Positions 27,528-36,992 of a stretch of 64,000 nt of DNA are shown piece by piece. Origin of the DNA: an uncultured virus (IMG/VR IMGVR_UViG_2898748948_000001) (Duplodnaviria > Heunggongvirae > Uroviricota > Caudoviricetes). Positions within the stretch are counted from its first letter, which is position 1; each line of letters begins with the position of its first letter. The stretch is taken from the IMG/VR virus record IMGVR_UViG_2898748948_000001. One strand, written 5' to 3'. The translations under genes and the position numbers were made by a program. The notes under the pieces were generated by a model that was given only the letters and a program-made list of their open reading frames with translations, had not been told where the DNA came from and ran no database searches.

Positions 27528-28652
27528 TCAGGCATTGGGGTCGGTGCTGGCGGTGTCCAGAGCCATCACGCCGAAGTCGCGTTGGACGTTGCCGTCCTTG
27601 GACTTGTAGGTGGCCTTCTTCACGCCCATGATCGCGTGGGTGCCGATGGCAACGCTGTTTTCGTGGTCCTTCTGTACTTCGGTCCAGCGGAAGCGCGTGC
27701 CGGTTTCGTTGTCGCCGTAAGCGATCAGCGCGGCCTGAGCGCCCAGGAACAGCGCGCGCGCGGCGTTTACATTGCCACCCGCGCCGTAGTCGTTGAAGCG
27801 GATCACGTTGCGGTGCTTGTGCAGCACCACATCGTTGTACATGCCCAGCGTGCCCTGGAAGATGGGGTTCTTGTTGCCCTCGGCTGCCGCGGCGGCCTTC
27901 TGGATGTCCAGCCAGCCACCGGTGCCCGCGTCCTGGCGCATCGCGTCGGCCTGGTAGGTGTGCATCAGGCAGATGTAGTGGCTGCCGCCCTCGATGGAGA
28001 CGGGAATCATCGACAGCTCGTCGGTACCGTCGCCGCCCATGGTTTCAGCCTTTGCCACGGCCTTGTCGATCAGGCGCAGCTTGAAGGTGTCGCCCGCCGT
28101 CAGTGAGGCCTTGGATGTGGCCGCGCCGCCAAACAGGATGTGCTGGCTATCGGGCGCCGTCAGCGGGTTGATGTCGAAGAATGGATTGTTGGCCGACCAG
28201 ACAAAGCCCGATCCATGGCCGCGCGAGCCGGACAGGTAGATGAAATACAGCTCGTCCTGCAGACGCTTCCACCAGTCAGTGGCCGCGCGCTTGGCATCGC
28301 TGCGCAAGTCGCGCAGGGTGCGCTTCTTGGTCATGCGCGAGCCCAGATCCGCGCCGCCGCGCACCTGGTCGATGCGCAGACGGTCGGTGTAGTACTTGAG
28401 CGGCGCTTCCTTGCCTTCCAGGGTTTCGTCACCGATGACGGGTTCCTGGTTGATGGGCATCAGCAGGTCAACGGTCACTTCGTCACCGGCGCCCTGCTGC
28501 AGATCATCGATACGCTGGATGGGAAGGCGCGAATCCTTGCCATTGCCCACGAACTTGCGGGACCAATAGCTTTCCTTGTTGATGGCCACGGCCATCAGAG
28601 AGGCCCACTTCTTGACGGCTTGCGGGTCGTTGACGCCGATCAAAGTACGCAT
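27528..28652 (-). CDS. Major capsid protein (N4 gp56-like family)
   Basis: AVKKW, GDETLEGKEAPL, DQVR, NPIFQGTLG, RALFLGAQA, DFGV motifs; AGGAG RBS. Confidence 0.9.
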   Translation of the reverse strand: MRTLIGVNDPQAVKKWASLMAVAINKESYWSRKFVGNGKDSRLPIQRIDDLQQGAGDEVTVDLLMPINQEPVIGDETLEGKEAPLKYYTDRLRIDQVRGGADLGSRMTKKRTLRDLRSDAKRAATDWWKRLQDELYFIYLSGSRGHGSGFVWSANNPFFDINPLTAPDSQHILFGGAATSKASLTAGDTFKLRLIDKAVAKAETMGGDGTDELSMIPVSIEGGSHYICLMHTYQADAMRQDAGTGGWLDIQKAAAAAEGNKNPIFQGTLGMYNDVVLHKHRNVIRFNDYGAGGNVNAARALFLGAQAALIAYGDNETGTRFRWTEVQKDHENSVAIGTHAIMGVKKATYKSKDGNVQRDFGVMALDTASTDPNA

Positions 28653-28795
28653 AACGCAACTCCTGCCCTTGCGAGCACTGAGCGCGTCTTGCGCTTGAAC
28701 CGGGCAACTGCCCCCGGCGGCAATCTGCTGCTTGAAGATGGCGCCAGCAAAGGCGCCGCAGCTAGGAAAAAAGAATAATCCTGATTTCCAGGAAA

Positions 28796-29020
28796 TCAAG
28801 TACCCATGGGGGCGTGGCGCCGCGCATACACGGGCTTGTGGCCCCGGGGCTCGTCACCCCGCGCATGCGTGGGCTTATCCACCACCACGTCGTCTTCAAG
28901 GTGCAGGCTCAACTCAGCCCGTTGGCCCGTGCGTTGGCGCAGCGTCACCACCACGCGGCCGCCGTCGAAAGACAGGCTCTCGCCTGCCTTGATCTGTCGT
29001 ATGAGTCTGCGTCCGGACAT
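28796..29020 (-). CDS. Small CsrA-like protein
   Basis: LIRQIKAGESLSF..GRVVVTL...GQRAELSL pattern parallels CsrA strands. Confidence 0.5.
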   Translation of the reverse strand: MSGRRLIRQIKAGESLSFDGGRVVVTLRQRTGQRAELSLHLEDDVVVDKPTHARGDEPRGHKPVYARRHAPMGT

Positions 29021-30012
29021 CAGGCCCCCAGGTAGCGTTCTTGTTGATCGGGCGTCATGCGGGCCAGGGCTTTTTCCAGCGCCGTGCCCTCCAGGCCATC
29101 CAGGTGAGCGAACTCGCTGCCCACCGAAGCGTCGGCCGCGGCGGGAACCCCGGCCAGCGTGGGCGGCAGTGCCGAACGGTCGGCAGCAGCAGGCTTGCGC
29201 ACTGGCGGTGCGGTTGGTGCTGCACCTGGCGCGGCAGCTGCAGGCGCTGCAGCGGGAGCCGCGGTTGCAGACTTGCCAAAGCGGCGCAGCATCAGCGCCT
29301 GGGCTTCGGCCAGGGCATCACGGGAAGCGGCCATATTGCCCAGGGTGTCGGTCAGGCCACGGTCTGCCGCATCTTGGGCAAACAGGCGGACAGCGCGGTC
29401 GAACTGCGCGCCGGCCTCGCCATCCAGGTCAATGCCGGCAGCCTTCAGTTCCTTCTGCGCCACGCCCAGGTGCTGGCCATACTCCTGCATCATGGCGTCT
29501 TGCTGCATCTGGGAGCGCGCCATGTCCACGGCTGCCGCGCGTGCCAGGTCGTCCAGCTTGTCCTGTACGCGGGACTCGACCTCCTGATAGGCCTCCTGGT
29601 CAATCTCACCATCCAGCAGTTGCTGCAGAGCGGTGGCCTTTTCGGCGCGCAGGGTCTTGCGCTGCTCGTCCGCATCGGCGGGAGACACGGGCTGAATCGC
29701 TGCTGGGGCTGGTGCGGCCGCGCCATCGTCAGCCGCGCCCTCTTCCTTGGCGCCAGCTGCCGCGCCGGCCGCAGTGTCGTCGGCGCCAGGGGCGGCACCT
29801 TCCGCCGCGCCTGCCTGTTGGGCAGCCTTCTCGGCTCCTGCAGCAGCCGCGCTCTCGTCTTCTTCGGTCGCTGCAGCAGCGGTAGCCGCGTCGGCTTCAC
29901 CAGAATCATCCGCAGGGGGCTGCAGATCCTGGTCGTCTTCTGCCAGGTCGCGCAGTGCTTCGCGCTCTGCTTCGCTCAGTCCGGCGAGGTCTTCTTCGCT
30001 AAACATGGACAT
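29020..30012 (-). CDS. Scaffolding protein (putative)
   Basis: Acidic Ala-rich ORF between portal and MCP; C-term ARMTPDQQERYL. Confidence 0.75.
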   Translation of the reverse strand: MSMFSEEDLAGLSEAEREALRDLAEDDQDLQPPADDSGEADAATAAAATEEDESAAAAGAEKAAQQAGAAEGAAPGADDTAAGAAAGAKEEGAADDGAAAPAPAAIQPVSPADADEQRKTLRAEKATALQQLLDGEIDQEAYQEVESRVQDKLDDLARAAAVDMARSQMQQDAMMQEYGQHLGVAQKELKAAGIDLDGEAGAQFDRAVRLFAQDAADRGLTDTLGNMAASRDALAEAQALMLRRFGKSATAAPAAAPAAAAPGAAPTAPPVRKPAAADRSALPPTLAGVPAAADASVGSEFAHLDGLEGTALEKALARMTPDQQERYLGA

Positions 30013-30083
30013 GGTGGCTCCTTTACTCGGTGGGTGCCGGTTGGGTCAGTGGTTGGGGTTGGGGCTGCGCCATGGGTGTGGCG

Positions 30084-32273
30084 TCAGCGGTCGCAGGGGG
30101 AATTGATGCCGTCATCAGCCAATCCGGCCGATGAGGTGATTTCGTCGGCTGCTGGTGCGAGGCCGGGCTGTGCGGTCACGATCTGGGCGCCTTCCAGCGC
30201 AGCCAGCATGGTCTGGACCTTCTTCAGGATGTCGTCCACGCCCAGCTTCTTGATCTGGGCTTCCGCCAGCTGGATTTCGGTCTGCATCTTGGCCAACTGG
30301 GCGCGCGCCGTTTCGCTGGCCATCTGCTCGGCTTCGGCCTGCTTGGCCTGGGCATCCTGGTCGGCCTTCATCTCTTCGGGTGTGGGCGGCTTGCTAGGGT
30401 CGCGCTGGCCGTTGATCTTGCGAATGCGCGCCACCCACTCTTCCTTGCCCTGGATGTCGGCGGACTCCACCACCAGGTCCAGCACCGACAGCACCACCTG
30501 TGGCGCGTAGGTGGCAATCTGGCCCAGCAGGCCAAACATCTGCTCCAGCGCGGCCTGGGCCATGGAGGAACGGTAGTCCTGCGCATCCACGATGAAATCC
30601 GCTTCGCGCGCTGTGATGTCGTTGAGGATCTGACCAGTGGCAGGATCCACCTGGTTGATCGTCAGCCATTCGATGGGGCGCTGACCCTCGCCCACGATGC
30701 GGATCACCTTTTCCTCGGTGTAGAACTGCTCGATGTGGCTCAGGCGCAGCTGGCCAGCCTGGCGAATGGCCAGCAGCAGGTTGTCGAAGAACTCGCTGGT
30801 GGTCAGCGAGCCCTGGTCCTGCTTGGCCAGGATCGCGCGCCCGCTGTTCGCGTTGGTGTCGCGCCCCAGGTTCTCATCGGTCACGCCGCCGGCATTGCGA
30901 ATCAGCTGGGCATCTTGGGCGGCCAGCTCCACATTGGCCTGGAAGTCGCCCATGTTGTTGTCGAACTTCAGTTCACGCTGGGGGTTCTTGATGATGATGC
31001 CGTCAGGGCGCGCCGCCTCATCCCTCAAATCATCCCAGTCGTCCACTGCACCCTTTTCCGCAATGATGCGGTTCACGCTCAGGGCGTATAGCGCTTTGGA
31101 GCGGCGCTTGTTCAGATCGTCTTGAATATCGCGCATACCGCGCCAGGCGCCATAGGCCAAGCCATCGCGCGCGCGGCGATAGCCCCAGATTGGGACCATC
31201 AGAAAGCGGTTGTGCTTGAACGGGCTCGCCATATCCAGGCAGGGCGCGTCCTTGGTGCACAGCATCAGGCGCATGCGGAACTTGACGGCTTCATACAGCC
31301 GGGCGCGGCCCTGGTCCTGCTCAAAGGCGTGGCGCGGGTCCGCTGGGTTGAACACCTTGCCCGCAAAGGGACCATCAGCGAACACCGGCACTCGCTCAGG
31401 GATGCGGTACCAGCATTCCAGCAGCTCCACCGAACGGCGGCTGCTGTTGTCGTAGTAGCCTGCACGGGACATATAGGCCGCGCGCGCCCCGTAGATGCTG
31501 CTGGCCGTTCCCCATTCCGTCTCGCTGGCGCTGGTCAGACGCTCGCCCAGGTACCAGATCCCGTCCGGATCCACGTCGTCGTGGCGGCCAGCCTGAGACA
31601 CCAGGTGATCGCGGCTGCTCGGCAGTAGGGCCACGGCATAGTCCAGGTCCACCACGCGGCGGCGAAACAGATAGCGCGCGTCCACGTTGTAGTCGATGTT
31701 GCGGCTATGGCTGTCGCGGTAGACATTGCGCCAGTCCTCCCAGCCGGAATAGATCAGCTCGGCCTCGGGGTCGCGGTTGGCCCCCTCTTCCAGCCAGCTC
31801 AAGCCCGCGGTCACTGCCTGACGAAAGGCGCGGCTGCGGTGCCACTGGGTCATGTTCACGTCGTCCGTGTACTTGATCAGCTTGGTTTTGACCTCGGCCA
31901 TGGCCTCGTCGTCGCGCTCACGCGGCAGCACCTTGTAGTCCTTGCGCATGCGCTTCTCGGTACCGCAGATCCATTCAATGGTCTGACGGCCTTCATTGAA
32001 GACCACCGGCGCCTGGCCGCGCTCCATCAGCGCCTGGGCATCCTCGGGCTTCCACTGCAGATGGTCTTGGTAGTCCTCGTCGATCTGCATCTGCTGGCGC
32101 TCTTCACCCTGGCGCTCGCTCTCGTACTTCAACAGCTCCATCAGCGTGGTGTGCCGCTGCCTCGCCAGCTCATCATTGCCGGCTGCCGCACACTCGGCGG
32201 GCTGCTCTTGATCGGCGTTGCTCGAGGAGTCTGCTGCTCGAGCGCTGGTGGGAATGTCGCGCACTTCAAACAT
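30084..32273 (-). CDS. Portal protein
   Basis: QW...L.ERGQAPVVFN, SGRAILAKQDQG, long coiled C-term (P22-like portal). Confidence 0.88.
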   Translation of the reverse strand: MFEVRDIPTSARAADSSSNADQEQPAECAAAGNDELARQRHTTLMELLKYESERQGEERQQMQIDEDYQDHLQWKPEDAQALMERGQAPVVFNEGRQTIEWICGTEKRMRKDYKVLPRERDDEAMAEVKTKLIKYTDDVNMTQWHRSRAFRQAVTAGLSWLEEGANRDPEAELIYSGWEDWRNVYRDSHSRNIDYNVDARYLFRRRVVDLDYAVALLPSSRDHLVSQAGRHDDVDPDGIWYLGERLTSASETEWGTASSIYGARAAYMSRAGYYDNSSRRSVELLECWYRIPERVPVFADGPFAGKVFNPADPRHAFEQDQGRARLYEAVKFRMRLMLCTKDAPCLDMASPFKHNRFLMVPIWGYRRARDGLAYGAWRGMRDIQDDLNKRRSKALYALSVNRIIAEKGAVDDWDDLRDEAARPDGIIIKNPQRELKFDNNMGDFQANVELAAQDAQLIRNAGGVTDENLGRDTNANSGRAILAKQDQGSLTTSEFFDNLLLAIRQAGQLRLSHIEQFYTEEKVIRIVGEGQRPIEWLTINQVDPATGQILNDITAREADFIVDAQDYRSSMAQAALEQMFGLLGQIATYAPQVVLSVLDLVVESADIQGKEEWVARIRKINGQRDPSKPPTPEEMKADQDAQAKQAEAEQMASETARAQLAKMQTEIQLAEAQIKKLGVDDILKKVQTMLAALEGAQIVTAQPGLAPAADEITSSAGLADDGINSPCDR

Positions 32274-32755
32274 CACAGCACCTCGCTATGCAGGTCCTTG
32301 CCACAGGCCCGGGCGGTGACTTCGATGCCCAGGCGGTGACGCTTGACCTCCAGGCTGGGGGGCTGCTCCAGTGGCATATCCACCAGGTCGGGCATGCCTT
32401 CGCAGATGATGTCCAGCATGCGGCTGATGCTGCTGCGGTCCGTCATCGTGAAGCCCATGGTTTCGGCAGCCAGAGCCGCAGTCTTGATGAACTGCGGCGT
32501 GGGGTTGCCCTTGGCATCCACATAGGCGTAGGCATTGCGCTGGGGAATCACATAGGAGCCAGTCTCCATGCGGCGGAAGGCCGGGAACAGCACCATGCAG
32601 GGCTCAGGGTCCCCGTCCGCTGTCTCGTCGCCGGCAGCGCGCAGGTCCAGCCATTGAAAGCTGCAGACCACATCGCCAAGAACGCGCTGGCGCCAGGCGC
32701 GCTCGCCGCCCAGCTCAACCATGGGAGTGCCGCGTGGGCCGAGAATTGAGGTCAT
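32273..32755 (-). CDS. Phage hypothetical protein
   Basis: Coupled ORF between terL and portal. Confidence 0.75.
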   Translation of the reverse strand: MTSILGPRGTPMVELGGERAWRQRVLGDVVCSFQWLDLRAAGDETADGDPEPCMVLFPAFRRMETGSYVIPQRNAYAYVDAKGNPTPQFIKTAALAAETMGFTMTDRSSISRMLDIICEGMPDLVDMPLEQPPSLEVKRHRLGIEVTARACGKDLHSEVL

Positions 32756-34200
32756 GTCACCCTCCAGGACAGTTTGCGCCGCGCTTGGCCGGCGGCACGG
32801 GGTTTGACGGTGGCCAGACCTAGCCCCGTCACAATGAGATAGCGCGTCGCGTCCATGGCGTGGTCGTCCTTCTTGACGATCTGCCCTTTGTCGTCGCGCC
32901 GGTAAATGCGGTATTCGTTGAGCCAGTCGTGCATGGACTTGAAGACCTTCAAGCGGCCCGTGCTCATGCGCTCCCAGACTTGGTAAATGCCGGCTTCCAC
33001 GCCGTTATTGGCCGTCACCAGCTGCAGGCCCAGATCCACATAGTTCTGCAGCAACTGCTCGCCGTCTTTCTGGCTGCGGCCGCGCGATGCCGGGTCGATG
33101 GCACCCTGTATCCAATCGCCGCGCGCCTTGATCGATGCGGCATGCACCGATGGCTCGGCCTGGCCGCGATAGTGATTGCTGTAGAGGTAAACAATGTCCG
33201 AGTCGCGGTCGTGCGCGCCCCAGACGGCAGCCGTGCGGTTCCAACCCACATCCATGCCGTAGGCCCTGGGCCAGAAGTCGGGGATCTGGAAGTCCGGCAC
33301 CACGATGTCGCTCTCGGGCACCGGGTAGATCGCGCCAGCGCCCAATGCGGGCACGCCCTTGGTCCGCGCGTCACGCTGGTGTGGCATCAGGCGCGACAGC
33401 AGCTTGGCCTTGGCTTCCTCGGTCAGGTGGGGCACATCGTCCCAGCCGCACTGCACCACCGCGCGGCCGATTACCTTGCCCTCGGGATCGGGCGATGTCA
33501 GCTGCTGCACCAGAGCCGTCAGGCCCGAAAGCGGCGTGAAGGTCAGCATGGAGATGCCCTCGCGCGTCATCAGACGCACCTGGCCCTCCTCGTAAACGTC
33601 CTCGGGGCATTCCTCGTCCGCCCAGAAGATGTCCAGCTCGAAGCCCTGGAAAATCTCGCGCCCCTGCACATAGCTGCGCATCCACAGCTCCGACTCGCCC
33701 CCGCTCTCGTGTCGAATCATCGCGCGCTCGACGGCGCCCTTCACATGGGAGCGCGCCACGATGCCCGTGATCGCATCGCCAGGAATCAGGCCGGTACCGA
33801 AGTTCTCCGGCTTGTCCGTGGTGGAGCCCAACAGCTTGAGTTGCAGAATGTCGCGCGTTGTCTCGTGCGTATCGCCAGAGATCAGCGCGCGCACGGGCTT
33901 GGTGAAGCGGTGGCCTGCCCACCACCAGGGATAGCGCCCCGTCAGGTGATAAGCCAGCTCGGTACCGGCGGCCATGGTCTTGCCCACACGGTTGCCGGCC
34001 ATGAAAACGCGCTCGCTGCAGGTCGCGCCCAGCTCGAAGAACTCCACATGGCGGGGATACAGCGCACGGCGCAATGGCCCGGCGTCCGGGAACATGGTTT
34101 CGAGCATGCGAGTACGCCGGCGGCGCTCGAGCTCGTCCAGCAGACCGCCCAGCTCGATACGCTGCTCAGGGGTGAGGTGCAGAACGGAGTCAGCCAGCAT
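32752..34200 (-). CDS. terL: Terminase large subunit
   Basis: AGNRVGKT Walker A, WADEE Walker B, GMDVG, DHAMDATRY. Confidence 0.95.
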   Translation of the reverse strand: MLADSVLHLTPEQRIELGGLLDELERRRRTRMLETMFPDAGPLRRALYPRHVEFFELGATCSERVFMAGNRVGKTMAAGTELAYHLTGRYPWWWAGHRFTKPVRALISGDTHETTRDILQLKLLGSTTDKPENFGTGLIPGDAITGIVARSHVKGAVERAMIRHESGGESELWMRSYVQGREIFQGFELDIFWADEECPEDVYEEGQVRLMTREGISMLTFTPLSGLTALVQQLTSPDPEGKVIGRAVVQCGWDDVPHLTEEAKAKLLSRLMPHQRDARTKGVPALGAGAIYPVPESDIVVPDFQIPDFWPRAYGMDVGWNRTAAVWGAHDRDSDIVYLYSNHYRGQAEPSVHAASIKARGDWIQGAIDPASRGRSQKDGEQLLQNYVDLGLQLVTANNGVEAGIYQVWERMSTGRLKVFKSMHDWLNEYRIYRRDDKGQIVKKDDHAMDATRYLIVTGLGLATVKPRAAGQARRKLSWRVT

Positions 34201-34852
34201 CGCCGCCCTCCGTTGGGCCCACCGGCACGATGCTGGCTACAGAGACGCCCAGCTTTGCCAGGCGCTGCAGCAAAGCGTCATCGCTCATCACCTTGTGGTC
34301 GACAGTCCCCTCGACCTGCACCTTGTCGCCATAGACGCGGGGCTTGAGCTTGGCGGCAATCCACTTGCGGGCATCCACGCGCAGCTTGTTGCGGGCCACC
34401 GCCGTCTTGTCAAAGGCCACGGCAATCGTCTCGCCCGTGCTCATGTCCGTGATCGGTGCGTATTCGCACTCGTCTGAAATCGCCACGATTTCGTCGGCCA
34501 GCTTGTCCGAGCGATCCTCGCGCGCACGTGCGTACATCTCGGCGCGTGAGCTGTCGGCGTTGATCCAGTCCAGCATCGTCGTATAGGCAAACTCGTTCTG
34601 ACGGCAGAAATCGGCCATGTGGCCGCCTTCCAGAATGAATGCCAGGAACTGGTCAAGCGCACCAACACCCGACGACCACTTCTGAAATGGCGTCAGGGGC
34701 TTGGCTGCTTTCTTGGGGGGTGTGGTCTTGGTGGCCGCAGGCGGCTTCTTGGTGGAAGCCGGGGCCTTGAATGAGGCAGTACGGGCGCGTGTTGAGACGG
34801 GCTTCGTGGCCGTCGTGGCGTTTTGATCAGGTGACGCGCGCTTCTTGCTCAA
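34190..34852 (-). CDS. terS: Terminase small subunit
   Basis: YARARE...ADEIVAISD...KLRVDARKWIAAKLKPRVYGDK. Confidence 0.9.
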   Translation of the reverse strand: MSKKRASPDQNATTATKPVSTRARTASFKAPASTKKPPAATKTTPPKKAAKPLTPFQKWSSGVGALDQFLAFILEGGHMADFCRQNEFAYTTMLDWINADSSRAEMYARAREDRSDKLADEIVAISDECEYAPITDMSTGETIAVAFDKTAVARNKLRVDARKWIAAKLKPRVYGDKVQVEGTVDHKVMSDDALLQRLAKLGVSVASIVPVGPTEGGDAG

Positions 34853-34889
34853 GTCCTGTCGTTTACATGCCCTCTATTGGGCGCGGGCA

Positions 34890-34923
34890 ATGAAACGACA
34901 AATCGTTGAAAACATCAAGGGGG
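34890..34923 (-). promoter_or_regulatory. Putative late promoter (motif copy 2) upstream of terS
   Basis: CCCCCTTGA-N15-GTCGTTTCAT. Confidence 0.65.
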
Positions 34924-34982
34924 GTCGATCCGCCCGCCATGGCTCCTGCGCGCGGGCTGTCGGCATAGGCGGATCGTGCGGC

Positions 34983-35444
34983 TCAGAAAGCTGAAATGCG
35001 CTCGCCCAGAATCACAGACAGCTCGCGCATCACATCGAGCTGGCGGCGCAGGCGGGCTTGCTCTTCGGGGTCCAACTGGCGGAACAAGGCATTGCGCAGA
35101 ATGAACTCGTCCAGCCTGGTGATTCGGATGTCCAGCTCCTGCTTCTCATCCAGCACGCGCTGCTGGTGGGGCGGGACCGTGCAACCCACTACCTGCCAGT
35201 CTTCGGCCAGGGTGTCATTGATGCTCGGCGCCCAGGTGGAGACTGTCTCGTCCACGTTCTTGAGGGCCAGGTAAGCCGCATAGGGCACCATCGCGCCCTC
35301 GCCAAAATGTGCTTTGGCTGCACCTGTCTGCGCTGGGTAGCTGGCAGCAGGAACCAAATAGATGAACAGGCCTTTGCCGTTCCAGCCGGTACGTTGCAGG
35401 CGCTTGCCCAGCTTCAATTCTTTGATGGCGTCACCGAAGTTCAT
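34983..35444 (-). CDS. DUF2829-like domain fused to a short coiled-coil domain
   Basis: MNFGDAI...RTGWNGKG...WAPSINDTLAEDW, then HQQRVLDEKQEL...LGERISAF. Confidence 0.82.
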   Translation of the reverse strand: MNFGDAIKELKLGKRLQRTGWNGKGLFIYLVPAASYPAQTGAAKAHFGEGAMVPYAAYLALKNVDETVSTWAPSINDTLAEDWQVVGCTVPPHQQRVLDEKQELDIRITRLDEFILRNALFRQLDPEEQARLRRQLDVMRELSVILGERISAF

Positions 35445-35935
35445 TGGGGGTTCTCCTTGGTTTGGGGGATCACTGGCCAGGCTGCGCGGCAGGTTGCCGC
35501 ATCAGCTGCGTGGCCATCAGCTCGGATTGCCAGCTCCGTGTATCGCTGGCTGCACTGTCCGAATACTTTTCCGAGGGCTCGGGCGTACTCGATGAGGGCG
35601 GCGGGGGAAGCGTCAGCAAGTCGCTGCTCGGCATCGGACAGTTGCTGGCGCAGGCCGTCACGCTCACGGCGAGCGCGATCAGCAGCAGCCTGCAAAGCGG
35701 CCTGCTTCTGGATTGCGTCATTCAAGGCTCCTTGGTATTTTTCGTTGACCGTGCGTTCCACGGCCAGCAAGCGCCGGCCGGCGGCCGTGCGTTCATCAGC
35801 GATCTGCTCGCGGTACTGGCTGGCCTGCAGGCGTTCGTCGGCCAGGTCCGCACCTATACGGGCCTCCTGGAAGTACCAGACGCCGGCACCAGCGAGAGCA
35901 GCCGCAACGATGTGAGTAATTGCCCTCACTGTCAT
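35441..35935 (-). CDS. Rz-like inner-membrane spanin
   Basis: N-terminal TM plus coiled coil, immediately after the endolysin. Confidence 0.75.
   Translation of the reverse strand: MTVRAITHIVAAALAGAGVWYFQEARIGADLADERLQASQYREQIADERTAAGRRLLAVERTVNEKYQGALNDAIQKQAALQAAADRARRERDGLRQQLSDAEQRLADASPAALIEYARALGKVFGQCSQRYTELAIRADGHAADAATCRAAWPVIPQTKENPQ
35470..35721 (-). CDS. Rz1-like embedded outer-membrane spanin lipoprotein
   Basis: Nested alternative frame; LLLIALAVSVTAC lipobox and Pro-rich LTLPPPP. Confidence 0.65.
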   Translation of the reverse strand: MTQSRSRPLCRLLLIALAVSVTACASNCPMPSSDLLTLPPPPSSSTPEPSEKYSDSAASDTRSWQSELMATQLMRQPAAQPGQ

Positions 35936-36543
35936 GGCAGTACCCCGGCCATGAAGTGGCCATCCCGGCCCCAGCTCGAGCAAAGCTCGGCCGTCGTGCC
36001 GCGCCGATCCACCAGCCCGGCCAGCACGGCGCTCTTGCCGTTGACCGTGCCGCGCACCCATTTGGGCATCTGGGCGCAGGCACCATCCAGATCCCCGGCA
36101 TTGGCCAGGGCCCGCATCGTGCTGCCGGCAACTTGCGCCTCGCCCAGGTTGTAGATCATGTCGATGAGGCTGGCCTGCACCCACACGTTGTAGGTGCTCC
36201 AGTGGCGGAACATGCGCTTTGCCGCAGCCTCGGCCGCCAGGTACATGGGCAGCTCAAGCCGCATGCAGTCGGTCTTGGTGTAGTAGCGCCCAGCCACGAC
36301 CTCCGGGCCCGTTACCCCATTGCAGACAGTCAGCGGCTGACCCTTGCCCACCTTGTCCACGTAAGGCGTGCCGATGTGTCGGCCGCTGCTCTCGTAATAG
36401 GCGCCAATGTCCATGGCGAGCAGCACCGCCTCGGATGGCTGGGGCTCCCCGGGTGGCAGCATGCTGGCAGCGCCAGCCCCCAAAAGCATGATGGTCAGCG
36501 CGGTCTGAACCAGGCGTTGTTTGAGGATGGAAGGCATGCTCAT
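35932..36543 (-). CDS. Endolysin, phage lysozyme (SAR-type N-terminus)
   Basis: E...PYVD...TVCNGVT, YNLG, W...GLVDRR. Confidence 0.9.
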   Translation of the reverse strand: MSMPSILKQRLVQTALTIMLLGAGAASMLPPGEPQPSEAVLLAMDIGAYYESSGRHIGTPYVDKVGKGQPLTVCNGVTGPEVVAGRYYTKTDCMRLELPMYLAAEAAAKRMFRHWSTYNVWVQASLIDMIYNLGEAQVAGSTMRALANAGDLDGACAQMPKWVRGTVNGKSAVLAGLVDRRGTTAELCSSWGRDGHFMAGVLP

Positions 36544-36842
36544 GGCGCGCCGTCCTTTCCGCAGGCCTCGCGGGCCCGCTGCTGCAAACGCTGGCGCTCC
36601 TGGTCACGGAGATAGTCACGCCGCCATTTCCAGATCAGGAAAGAGGCCTGCAGCGCCACAAACGCAATGGAAGCAAGCACCAGCCAGTCGCTCAGCGGCA
36701 GGCCGGCAAGGCGAAAGCTCACTGCAGTGCCCGCGCCAGGTGTTGCCTGGTAGGCAGCGCCAGCAATGTCCTGTTTTTGCTCTGCACTCAGATGCTGGTG
36801 AATTCCCAGCAGGCCCAGCCATGCGGTAAGGATTTTCTTCAT
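36540..36842 (-). CDS. Holin (putative)
   Basis: Hydrophobic segment plus basic C-term upstream of the endolysin; GGAGG RBS. Confidence 0.7.
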   Translation of the reverse strand: MKKILTAWLGLLGIHQHLSAEQKQDIAGAAYQATPGAGTAVSFRLAGLPLSDWLVLASIAFVALQASFLIWKWRRDYLRDQERQRLQQRAREACGKDGAP

Positions 36843-36992
36843 GCTGCAGCCCCTCCTGTATGAGAGGTTGCGGCATGTCCGTATGCGGCCGGCGCCGTTG
36901 TGTGTGTGATGGGCATCGAGGCTCCTTGGTAGGAACCGCACGCCCCGGGCAGTGAGTGTGTGGGCGCATTATCTTCACGCCCACACCTCGCA

